Shown piece after piece: positions 9,700 through 17,747 of a stretch of 32,000 nucleotides of DNA. The DNA is from an uncultured Bacilli bacterium (GTDB lineage Bacteria > Bacillota_I > Bacilli_A > RF39 > UBA660). Position numbers and translations under genes: made by a program. The notes below the pieces were generated by a model, which saw only the letters and a list, made by a program, of their open reading frames with translations, ran no database searches and was not told the origin of the DNA. Location: assembly GCA_944358535.1 (NCBI GenBank), contig CALVRH010000009.1, positions 7,125 through 39,124 on the forward strand. The letters are read 5' to 3'. The first letter of the stretch is position 1; each line of letters begins with the position of its first letter.

Positions 9700-10296
9700 A
9701 TGAGTTTATCAGTATTAGATATTAAAAGAGGGGCTGATGAATTAAGAGAACCTTTTGACAAGAGACTTAGTGAACTAAATGTTTTTGAACAAGAACTTTT
9801 AAAAGATGAAAAGGTTCAATTATATCTTTTTTTACATCAAGAAATTGCTAGAACAGAAGAAAAAAGGAATGAGAAGATTGTTGATTATTTAAGTAATGTA
9901 AGAATTCAATGTGAACATCCTTTGTATATCTGTGTTACTTCTGGAAGTTATGACACTTATTCATATAAGTGTATTTGTCTTAACTGTGGCACTTCAAGAC
10001 ATTTTAAGCAATATGAATTAGACAAATTATATGATGAGCACAAAGTAATTGCGAAAAGGTTGGATGAAGATAATAGTTTAGAAAGAGGTCATTATCATCA
10101 TTATTCATGTATATGCACTGTTAATGAGGCAATGAATTATTATAGTGAATGCTATCAACATTTACAAAATGTAACTGAAAAGGTTCATGGTAATGATTTG
10201 GATTCCTCTGTAGAACTTTCTGCCTCTGAGATGACATATAATCATTTTGTTCATCCGGAGAAAAATTTAAAAAAAGTTATTAAAAAGAAATTATAA
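9700..10296 (+). CDS. Hypothetical protein with a Cys/His cluster (possible zinc ribbon)
   Basis: The start is moved to ATG 9700 (MSLSVLDIKRG; AGGAGG SD 6 nt upstream). The track's ATG 9661 lies inside the predicted promoter spacer. Contains CEHPLYIC...YKCICLNCG. Confidence 0.5.
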   Translation: MSLSVLDIKRGADELREPFDKRLSELNVFEQELLKDEKVQLYLFLHQEIARTEEKRNEKIVDYLSNVRIQCEHPLYICVTSGSYDTYSYKCICLNCGTSRHFKQYELDKLYDEHKVIAKRLDEDNSLERGHYHHYSCICTVNEAMNYYSECYQHLQNVTEKVHGNDLDSSVELSASEMTYNHFVHPEKNLKKVIKKKL

Positions 10297-10360
10297 TAGG
10301 TGTAGTAAAAGATATTTATTACGCTTTTTTATTTGTTTTAGGCTAAATTTTAAAAAAAGA

Positions 10361-10389
10361 TTGAATTTTTTGTAAATATATAGTATAAT
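10361..10389 (+). promoter_or_regulatory. Candidate sigma-A promoter of tRNA-Arg(UCU)
   Basis: TTGAAT (10361-10366), 17 nt, TATAAT (10384-10389). The tRNA 5' end lies 18 nt downstream of the -10. Confidence 0.5.
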
Positions 10390-10407
10390 CTATTTGTTGT
10401 ATGAGTT

Positions 10408-10484
<77 letters not shown>

Positions 10485-10527
10485 TTTTTGATATTAAAGT
10501 TTTTGTTTGAAAAACTTTTTAATTGAA

Positions 10528-10565
10528 AATAATGCTGGTAATATTATTACCAGCATTATTTTTTT
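10528..10565. terminator. Strong bidirectional terminator (ends the tRNA transcript and the minus-strand cassette)
   Basis: Perfect 15-bp stem AATAATGCTGGTAAT (10528-10542) / ATTACCAGCATTATT (10546-10560) with a 3-nt loop and T5 (10561-10565). An A-run lies on the other side. A weaker AT-only hairpin sits at ~10495-10518. Confidence 0.75.
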
Positions 10566-11193
10566 AATTTTGGGATTGTTTGATTATCTCTTGAAGTAAT
10601 TCATTTAATTTGCTAGGATTATTTTTATAATTATCCAAAAGATAATCACATACATTAGGATAATTTTGGTATTGTTTAGCTTTTTCTATAGCCTTATTTT
10701 TATCATATATTTTTTCAGTTATTTTGACAATAAATAGTGCTAGCTCTGGTATATAATTATTTTTAAGAATTTTTTGAAATTTTTGAATAGTCAGTTCTGC
10801 TTGTTTAGTGGTGGTGATAGTATTATAGAGAAAATCTAATACACATTTATTTTCTTGAAAATATATTTCATTTTGTCTAGTAAATATCATTTGAATTAAA
10901 ATCAAAAATTGTTTAAAGTAACTTTCTTCTTTTAAGAAGAAATTAAATTTATTTAAGATATATTTTATTAGTATCAATTTATCGGTATCTGTTATCCACA
11001 TTTTAAAATGATAGATTTCAAAAAGTATTAATTCTAATAATTGGTAATTATTTTCGGCTTTGTGATACAAATGTTGAGCAACAAATTCATCAATAAATTC
11101 TTGATAGTTATTTATATTTTGACTATCTTTTTTATTTTTAAATTTTTTGTCTAATTCATAGTTAAATAATATATCTAATTTTTTCAAATTCAT
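10564..11193 (-). CDS. Hypothetical all-helical protein, last gene of the RyR/TIR-STAND cassette
   Basis: 209 aa from ATG 11193 (GGAG SD 6 nt upstream). The track's start is 11205. No recognisable motifs. It lies 83 nt downstream of the TIR-STAND gene on the same strand, with the terminator directly after its stop. Confidence 0.5.
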   Translation of the reverse strand: MNLKKLDILFNYELDKKFKNKKDSQNINNYQEFIDEFVAQHLYHKAENNYQLLELILFEIYHFKMWITDTDKLILIKYILNKFNFFLKEESYFKQFLILIQMIFTRQNEIYFQENKCVLDFLYNTITTTKQAELTIQKFQKILKNNYIPELALFIVKITEKIYDKNKAIEKAKQYQNYPNVCDYLLDNYKNNPSKLNELLQEIIKQSQN

Positions 11194-11276
11194 AATTATC
11201 TCCATTTAAAATTTTATTACATATTTAGCAACAAGGTTCATCAGTTTTATATGTATCATTTATAATACCATCTTTG

Positions 11277-13682
11277 TCATTTTTTTTCGTTTTTGCCACC
11301 ATTACAGCTTGTTTCTTTCAAACATTTTTCTAAGTTATTTTGGGTTCTTTTATACCAAAAATCGTTAACATCAACTTTATCTTTAAAAATATTAATCATC
11401 TTTTCTAATGGTGCGATAGCTTTCGAATATTGCTGGTTATCCATATATAGATTGGCTAAAGCCTCATAGGATGACAATAAAGAAAAATCGGTTTTGTTAA
11501 AAAAGCTTTCTTTATATTCTATGACTTCGTTTATTTCTTTTAAGGATTTATCAAAATTTCCAATTTTACCATCAGCGACGCCTAAAGCTAGTAAAGCGGT
11601 TTGCGTTTCATCGCTATCTTTGGTGTTTCTTAAGACAAAAATGTCATATGATTTTTGGGCGTATTCTAAGGCTTTTTGGTAGTCTTTTAACTGAGCATAG
11701 GCTCTTGACATAGCCAAATAAGTAGAACCTATTTTACGGTGATTTGATTCTAAAGTAGAGCTAAAAATATTATAGGATTCTTCTAATAAAGGAATAGCGT
11801 TTTGAGCTTTTCCAATTTTAATATAAGAAAAGGCCCTAGATTTTAAGCAATCTGCAAGCAAGTAGTTTTGATCAGTATTAGTTTTTCTTAAAATTTCAAT
11901 GGCTTTTTCATTCCACTCGTTAGCTTTATCTATTTGATAAGATTTATTATAAATAAAACGGATTAAATCACAGGTTTTAGCTACTTCGTGAGAGAATTTA
12001 CCATATATTTCTTTTTGTTTTTCTAGAATATCAAAGGTGATTTTTAGTGCTAAATCATAATATTCTAAATCTCTGAAAAACTTTGCAATGTTTATATAAT
12101 TTGGAATATTATCTTTGGTTACATTTGGAAATTTGGTATACATATTATGAATGACACTACCATATATTTTTCTTTGTTCCGATTTTATTTGCCATGAATC
12201 TTTTTTAGTTAACTCTTTAAATAGTATTTTACAGTTATCTAAATTTGGATGGCACTGTTCTATGATGAGTTCGGAGATTAATGGATGTAGAGCGATGGTA
12301 TCTCTTACCCAATCGTGAATAATCCAACTCTTTTTTATTAATTTGTTAATTTCTTTACCAGTTTCAATATGGCATAAATCCATAAACTCTTCAAAGTCAA
12401 AGCCAGAGATTGGAAAGAAAGTTAAATTCATTAAAATATATTTTTGGGTTTCAGAAAGAGCAGAAATATCATACAGCATGTACAGACAATTTTTGACTGA
12501 GGTTGTTTTTTGATGATATTCGACTATTTCATTTTGGCTGGCGATTCCATTTTGAGTAAGTTCTTTTAACATTTCTTTTGGTTTTTGACGAGTCTCTTTC
12601 ATAACTTTAGCTAAAAGTTCGATGATTAATGTATGGCCTTGAACTAATTTGAATATTTTTAAAAGCGCAGGAATGTTTTCATCTTTGACTTTTCGGCCAT
12701 AGTTTTGTTCGAATAATTTTAATTGTTCATCTTGGTCTTGAAAAGCATCTATTTTTATATTTTGGATACCTAATTCTTTGAAGTCATTTCTAGTAGTGAA
12801 AATCATGTGGTAGTTACCGTTTAATAAATTTAATAATTCTTCATCTTGGTCAGTGTCAAAATTATCGACAATTATTAACATTTTAGTGGAAGCTAATTCT
12901 TTTAATTTTTTTAATTTTCTTTCAAAGTATTCTTTATCGGTTTCTAACTGGCCATTTTCTTTTTGTTTTCGAGTAATATTTTCAATTTCTAGATTTGGAG
13001 AATTTAAAATAGTATTTATGATTGAGGTATCAAAGCTTAAAAAAATAATAGTATCATATTCTTCTCTATAAATGTTGGCATATTTTTTTACTATTTCACT
13101 TTTACCAATTCCTCCCATACCAGTTATAAAAACTTTCTGTTCTGTGGTTAGAATTTCATGAATTTTTTCTAGTTCTACTTTACGACCAATAAAATTATGA
13201 TTATTTAAAATAGTACTGTTTTTTAATTCTTCTTGGGTTAGTTTTATTTGATTATTTTGAACAGGCATTTTTAATAAGAAACAAATCCTATCGCGCAACT
13301 CTTCTATTCTTTTTTCCATTGGTGGATCAATAGCATCAATCCAGTGTAATCTTCTTAAGTAGTAACTAGCATCTGGACTAATTTCTTGATTTGATATATG
13401 AAATGGTAAAATATAAAATTCTTCTTTAGCTCTCACTCTTTCAAAGGCCTCGTTAATTTCATTTAAGACGTCTTGGGAGTTAGAGGCTTCTTGGTTTAAT
13501 ATAAGTAAGAATATTTTACAGTTTCTAATAGCTCTGACAATATCGCCAGCATATTGACTTTCAACATTTCTTGGTGCATACCAACATTTGATTTTTGAGG
13601 ATTCTAAGACATTACATATAGCTTCGACTATGGAGCGAGAAGATTTTGTATGGTAACTAATAAAAACATCTATATCTAGCAT
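11277..13682 (-). CDS. TIR - NB-ARC-like P-loop NTPase - TPR protein (STAND/NLR-like, probable antiphage)
   Basis: 801 aa. N-terminal TIR look (DVFISYHTKSS..., KIFLLILNQEASNSQDVLNEINEAF with a candidate catalytic Glu in VLNEI). Walker A ITGMGGIGKSE and Walker B MLIIVDNFD. NB-ARC GLPLAL-like VQGHTLIIELLAK. The C-terminal ~250 aa are TPR-like repeats (Y..A...YEKA periodicity). AAGGAG SD. Confidence 0.85.
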   Translation of the reverse strand: MLDIDVFISYHTKSSRSIVEAICNVLESSKIKCWYAPRNVESQYAGDIVRAIRNCKIFLLILNQEASNSQDVLNEINEAFERVRAKEEFYILPFHISNQEISPDASYYLRRLHWIDAIDPPMEKRIEELRDRICFLLKMPVQNNQIKLTQEELKNSTILNNHNFIGRKVELEKIHEILTTEQKVFITGMGGIGKSEIVKKYANIYREEYDTIIFLSFDTSIINTILNSPNLEIENITRKQKENGQLETDKEYFERKLKKLKELASTKMLIIVDNFDTDQDEELLNLLNGNYHMIFTTRNDFKELGIQNIKIDAFQDQDEQLKLFEQNYGRKVKDENIPALLKIFKLVQGHTLIIELLAKVMKETRQKPKEMLKELTQNGIASQNEIVEYHQKTTSVKNCLYMLYDISALSETQKYILMNLTFFPISGFDFEEFMDLCHIETGKEINKLIKKSWIIHDWVRDTIALHPLISELIIEQCHPNLDNCKILFKELTKKDSWQIKSEQRKIYGSVIHNMYTKFPNVTKDNIPNYINIAKFFRDLEYYDLALKITFDILEKQKEIYGKFSHEVAKTCDLIRFIYNKSYQIDKANEWNEKAIEILRKTNTDQNYLLADCLKSRAFSYIKIGKAQNAIPLLEESYNIFSSTLESNHRKIGSTYLAMSRAYAQLKDYQKALEYAQKSYDIFVLRNTKDSDETQTALLALGVADGKIGNFDKSLKEINEVIEYKESFFNKTDFSLLSSYEALANLYMDNQQYSKAIAPLEKMINIFKDKVDVNDFWYKRTQNNLEKCLKETSCNGGKNEKK

Positions 13683-13876
13683 TTTATATACTCCTTTCTA
13701 TTACCGGTTATTTTTTCAATGACAGTATAAAAGTGAAATTTTCTTTTTCTCTCTTTTATATGGTAAAGTTGATTATCTATTTTATATTTTTATTGAGTTT
13801 TGAGCCCTCTTTAAATTGTAAGTTTTTATTTTTAGAATTTTCAATCTGTTTATCAATTATTTTATACCTTATTTTT

Positions 13877-15967
13877 TTATTTCTTTTCTATTTTATAACC
13901 CAATTTATCTAAGACTTTTAAAGATTCAATTAGTGTATTTCGATCATAATCTTTTTCTTGTTCAGATAGCATTTCATATGGAACTAATGATGAGTGTGTT
14001 TTTAAATTATCATTGGTTTTGGGGCCGTATGTCCAGCCTTCATTGAATTTATTTTTCGCCCATACTTCGTGAACGTTTTTGGCAAGTTTTTCAGAAATGT
14101 CCATTACTTCTTTACTTAATGTAACTTGACTAGTATCAATAGGATTTGGTGTGTATACTTTAGTTTTTGCACTATTGGTAATTTTTGTACCTAATACGAT
14201 ATCTGGTATTTTTTGGATGATAAATTTATCTTTATTTTGTAGAGGGATTCCTATAGCTTGTTCAACTTGTGGTAGTTTATCATAGTCGGTTAAGGCTGGA
14301 TGAAGCTTTGCTAAAGAATTTATATGACTATTTATGACTTTTTTATAGTTATTAACTTCATCTGGGGTAGCCACTTTATAACCGTCACTTCGCATATAGG
14401 CCATCCATCTGGCGTGTTCATTTTTGATTAAAATATCTAAAGTATTAGGATTTTTTAAACATTGTTTAAAATTTGTCATATCTTGATTTATATCACCGGT
14501 AAATTTATCTTTTAAAATGGAATAAATTTTATATTTGATATGAATAGCGAAAGCCCTTGAAGATTTGATATTATAGTCTTTTTCATAGAAGTCATCAAGG
14601 TTTTGGCTATTAGGATTATAAGCAAAGTGAACTCGTTTTGTCATTTCTTCTATTTGTGAATTGATAATTGGAGATGAATAATACATCTGTCTAATACTAC
14701 CAAAAGCATTTAAATTATATTTATTACCCTTTTGATTTTTTAGATTATTTATTTGTTTATTTTTTAAAGGATTTTCTATCCATATATTAATAATAGGTTG
14801 TTGGTTAAAACCATTTTTATTTAGAAAATATCTACGCAATATTAAGGCTGATTTAAGACTATCTTCTTCACTGTTTAAAGCGATAACAATATAATTTATA
14901 TTAGAAATTTTATCTAACATTTTTTCCATTTTGTTAGATGTGACGTCTACTTCTATAAAATTATAGTTATAATTTGGTAATAACTCTGGATAGTTTAAAG
15001 CAATTTGCTCTTTAATTTTGTGAGCGTTTTTATCAATGACTGTAATCTCAAGACTATATCCAGGTATTTGACCGCACCAAGTAATTGTTTGCAGAAATTC
15101 TAAGCCAACTTTGCCACAGCCAATAATTAAGACTGATATTTGTTTATTTTTAGCGTTTAAGTATAATGGTTTTTCTTCTAAGACTTTACATACTGCACGT
15201 TCAGTTTCATTGACGATGTCTAATCTTATTTTTCCTTTATTAGCGGAATCTAGAATAGTGCTGGCCATAGAGTTATTGGTGATAAAATAAATTTTTATAT
15301 GATTTTGACTATATTTGTCGATTAGGTGAAGGACTTGATTCATCCCTTCATCTTCGTTATTAGATAAGATATAATAAGTTATATTCTTAGAGTTTATATA
15401 TTTTATGTCGATATTATCTACGTTTTCTTCTAGTTTTAAGGCTTTTAGCTTTTTTAATCTTGAATCAAATTCATTATTACTAAGGTAATTTGCGAATATA
15501 AAGATGTTATCTTTATTGTTTATTTTTTCGGCAATGGTGATAGATTTTTCATTTAATTCTGAGAAAATAATGACTTCTTTTTTTATAATGAATCTAAGTT
15601 TTAGTTTTGTAGTGATACCATTTAACAAGGAAGCTAAAAATGATACTGTTAAAAATGGCATGATTAAAAGCAAAAAGTATATTAGCCAAATGTATAATTG
15701 ATCTAATATAGATTCTGTATGAAGACTACTTACTAATAAAATATCTTCACCTAGAATAATTGTTTGTGCAGAGTAGATGATTGCATAAACTATTTTGGAT
15801 ATAAAATCACGTCCAGGGCTAATTGGATATATCAATATTGTAAGGGCAAAAGCCATACCAATTAAAATTGTTGGAATAATTTTTTTCAGATTATAAGTGT
15901 ATTTTCTTTGTTTTATTAAAGTAAATATTAATACCAATATAGCAAGTAAGAAATAAAACATATTCAT
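13877..15967 (-). CDS. Multi-pass membrane protein with Rossmann (TrkA-N/KTN-like) modules and a C-terminal RyR domain
   Basis: About four N-terminal hydrophobic helices and a GxGxxG Rossmann motif (VLIIGCGKVGLEF). The C-terminus LAKNVHEVWAKNKFNEGWTYGPKTNDNLKTHSSLVPYEMLSEQEKDYDRNTLIESLKVLDKLGYKI closely matches the bacterial RyR (ryanodine-receptor repeat) domain consensus. A degenerate RyR-like segment (EHARWMAYMRSDGYK...KLHPALTDYDKLP) precedes it. The start is set at ATG 15967, because the track's GTG 15976 is part of the GAGGTG SD. Confidence 0.75.
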   Translation of the reverse strand: MNMFYFLLAILVLIFTLIKQRKYTYNLKKIIPTILIGMAFALTILIYPISPGRDFISKIVYAIIYSAQTIILGEDILLVSSLHTESILDQLYIWLIYFLLLIMPFLTVSFLASLLNGITTKLKLRFIIKKEVIIFSELNEKSITIAEKINNKDNIFIFANYLSNNEFDSRLKKLKALKLEENVDNIDIKYINSKNITYYILSNNEDEGMNQVLHLIDKYSQNHIKIYFITNNSMASTILDSANKGKIRLDIVNETERAVCKVLEEKPLYLNAKNKQISVLIIGCGKVGLEFLQTITWCGQIPGYSLEITVIDKNAHKIKEQIALNYPELLPNYNYNFIEVDVTSNKMEKMLDKISNINYIVIALNSEEDSLKSALILRRYFLNKNGFNQQPIINIWIENPLKNKQINNLKNQKGNKYNLNAFGSIRQMYYSSPIINSQIEEMTKRVHFAYNPNSQNLDDFYEKDYNIKSSRAFAIHIKYKIYSILKDKFTGDINQDMTNFKQCLKNPNTLDILIKNEHARWMAYMRSDGYKVATPDEVNNYKKVINSHINSLAKLHPALTDYDKLPQVEQAIGIPLQNKDKFIIQKIPDIVLGTKITNSAKTKVYTPNPIDTSQVTLSKEVMDISEKLAKNVHEVWAKNKFNEGWTYGPKTNDNLKTHSSLVPYEMLSEQEKDYDRNTLIESLKVLDKLGYKIEKK

Positions 15968-16118
15968 TTTTTTCACCTCATATCAATTTTTATTACGTTT
16001 CAATTATAACAAAAAGATGGGAAAAATACTACTAACATATTTTTATAGTAAATTTAATAATTTTTCAGATAAATTTCACAAAAGTTGGTTACTATATTTA
16101 TATAAGAAGGAGATGTAT

Positions 16119-17720
16119 ATGGAAAAAATAAAGAAACATAAGAAAAAGATATTAGTGATTTTTTTAATTTTAATAGTGCTAACATGTGCTGGATTTGGTG
16201 GTTATAAATATTATGAACATTATCAAGATACAAGGTTTGAAAATTCTAATTGGTTAAATAGGCATATTTCACTTACACAAAATGATGAAGGCATTTATGA
16301 AGTTGAAACTGATGAGGATATAGATATCTTTAATTTGATTTACCAAGATGTTATCGAAAGTAAAATTAATGATTTAAAAAATGATGATTATTCAATTGAA
16401 AATCCTTTAATTATTTACAACCCATATGGTACTGGAAGTCTTTCATATTATGTTTATTTGGGTGAGAGTTATGATAATTTAAGTTATAAAGTAAGTACTG
16501 ATGGCTATGCGGATTATAGTCACGATTTGGGAGATAATACTGAATATCAACTAGTTGGATTTATTCCAGGTGAGACAAATACTTTTAGTATAACGGATGG
16601 AAATACAACTTTTGAGACCGAAATTACTACTCCAAAAATTGAAGAAGATATTGATATTCAAGTTAAAAAAACAGATGGTGATAGTGATAAAGAATTAACT
16701 GATGGATTATATACAGTACTTGGACATGATAAGAATTATGAGGCAAATATTTATTTATATGATAATGAGGGGATTTTAAGAAATGAACTTGTTTTAAATG
16801 ATTACCGTGCTGATAGGATTATATTTGATGATGGATATATGTATTATCCTTATGAAAGTCGCGAGATAATGAAGGTTGATTCTTTAGGTAAGATTGTAGA
16901 TATGTATGACCTTGGGAAATATAGAATGCATCATGATATGATTTTGGATGGAAATAAATTAGTTATTTTAGTTGATGAAGTTGGAGCTGATACTAAAGAA
17001 GATGTAATTATTACTTTGGATTTAGAGTCTGGTGAGGTTAAAGAAGTAGTAGATATGAAAGATTTACTTCCTGAGCTTTATGAAAAAGCTATTTTACCAG
17101 AAGATAATGAGACATTAGATTGGATTCATTTGAACTGTTTGACGCTTAAAGGTGATGATTTGATTTTAAGCGCTAGAGAAATTTCAACAATTGTTTATGT
17201 ATCTGATTATGAAACTAACCCTATTATTAAGTATTTGATTACTGATGAAAGTATGCTCGAAGGAACATCTTATGGTGATTTACTTTATGATAAAATTGGT
17301 GATTTTGTAGATACTGCTGGTCAGCATGCGGTTACTTATATTCCTGGAGAATCTGATAGTGAATATTATTTGATTATGTTTAATAATAACTATGGTTCAA
17401 TCGTGACAAGACCAGACTTTGAATGGACTAACTATCCAGGTGTTGGAACTTATGAAGAAGGAGATACATCATATTTCTATATGTATAAAATTAATGAGGA
17501 TGATGGAACTTATGAACTTGAAGATAGTTTAGAGATTCCTTATTCGAGTATTGTCAGTAGCGTTCAATTTGTGGATGATAATTTAGTTGTTGGTAGTGGG
17601 ATGGATAACTCATTTGGAGAATATGATGAGGATGGCAATTTAATTAGTCAGTTTAGATACGAAGCTAAAAAATATGCTTATAGAGTGTTTAAATATTCTT
17701 TTGATAATTGGTTTAATTAG
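16119..17720 (+). CDS. Arylsulfotransferase (ASST)-like beta-propeller protein with an N-terminal signal anchor
   Basis: The start is set at ATG 16119 (MEKIKKHKKK; AAGGAG SD). It has a hydrophobic N-terminal helix. The segment ETLDWIHLNCLTLKGDDLILSAREISTIVYVS resembles the ASST family signature. Assignment is by eye only. Confidence 0.55.
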   Translation: MEKIKKHKKKILVIFLILIVLTCAGFGGYKYYEHYQDTRFENSNWLNRHISLTQNDEGIYEVETDEDIDIFNLIYQDVIESKINDLKNDDYSIENPLIIYNPYGTGSLSYYVYLGESYDNLSYKVSTDGYADYSHDLGDNTEYQLVGFIPGETNTFSITDGNTTFETEITTPKIEEDIDIQVKKTDGDSDKELTDGLYTVLGHDKNYEANIYLYDNEGILRNELVLNDYRADRIIFDDGYMYYPYESREIMKVDSLGKIVDMYDLGKYRMHHDMILDGNKLVILVDEVGADTKEDVIITLDLESGEVKEVVDMKDLLPELYEKAILPEDNETLDWIHLNCLTLKGDDLILSAREISTIVYVSDYETNPIIKYLITDESMLEGTSYGDLLYDKIGDFVDTAGQHAVTYIPGESDSEYYLIMFNNNYGSIVTRPDFEWTNYPGVGTYEEGDTSYFYMYKINEDDGTYELEDSLEIPYSSIVSSVQFVDDNLVVGSGMDNSFGEYDEDGNLISQFRYEAKKYAYRVFKYSFDNWFN

Positions 17721-17747
17721 AAAAGACTTACGATTGATTTCGTAAGT

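Noticed and set aside
16119-16220. Lipoprotein signal (lipobox) in the ASST-like protein (…LIVLTCAG…).
   Set aside because: The residues before the Cys (V-L-T) do not fit the L-[AST]-[GAS]-C lipobox. It is treated as an uncleaved signal anchor or an ordinary signal peptide.
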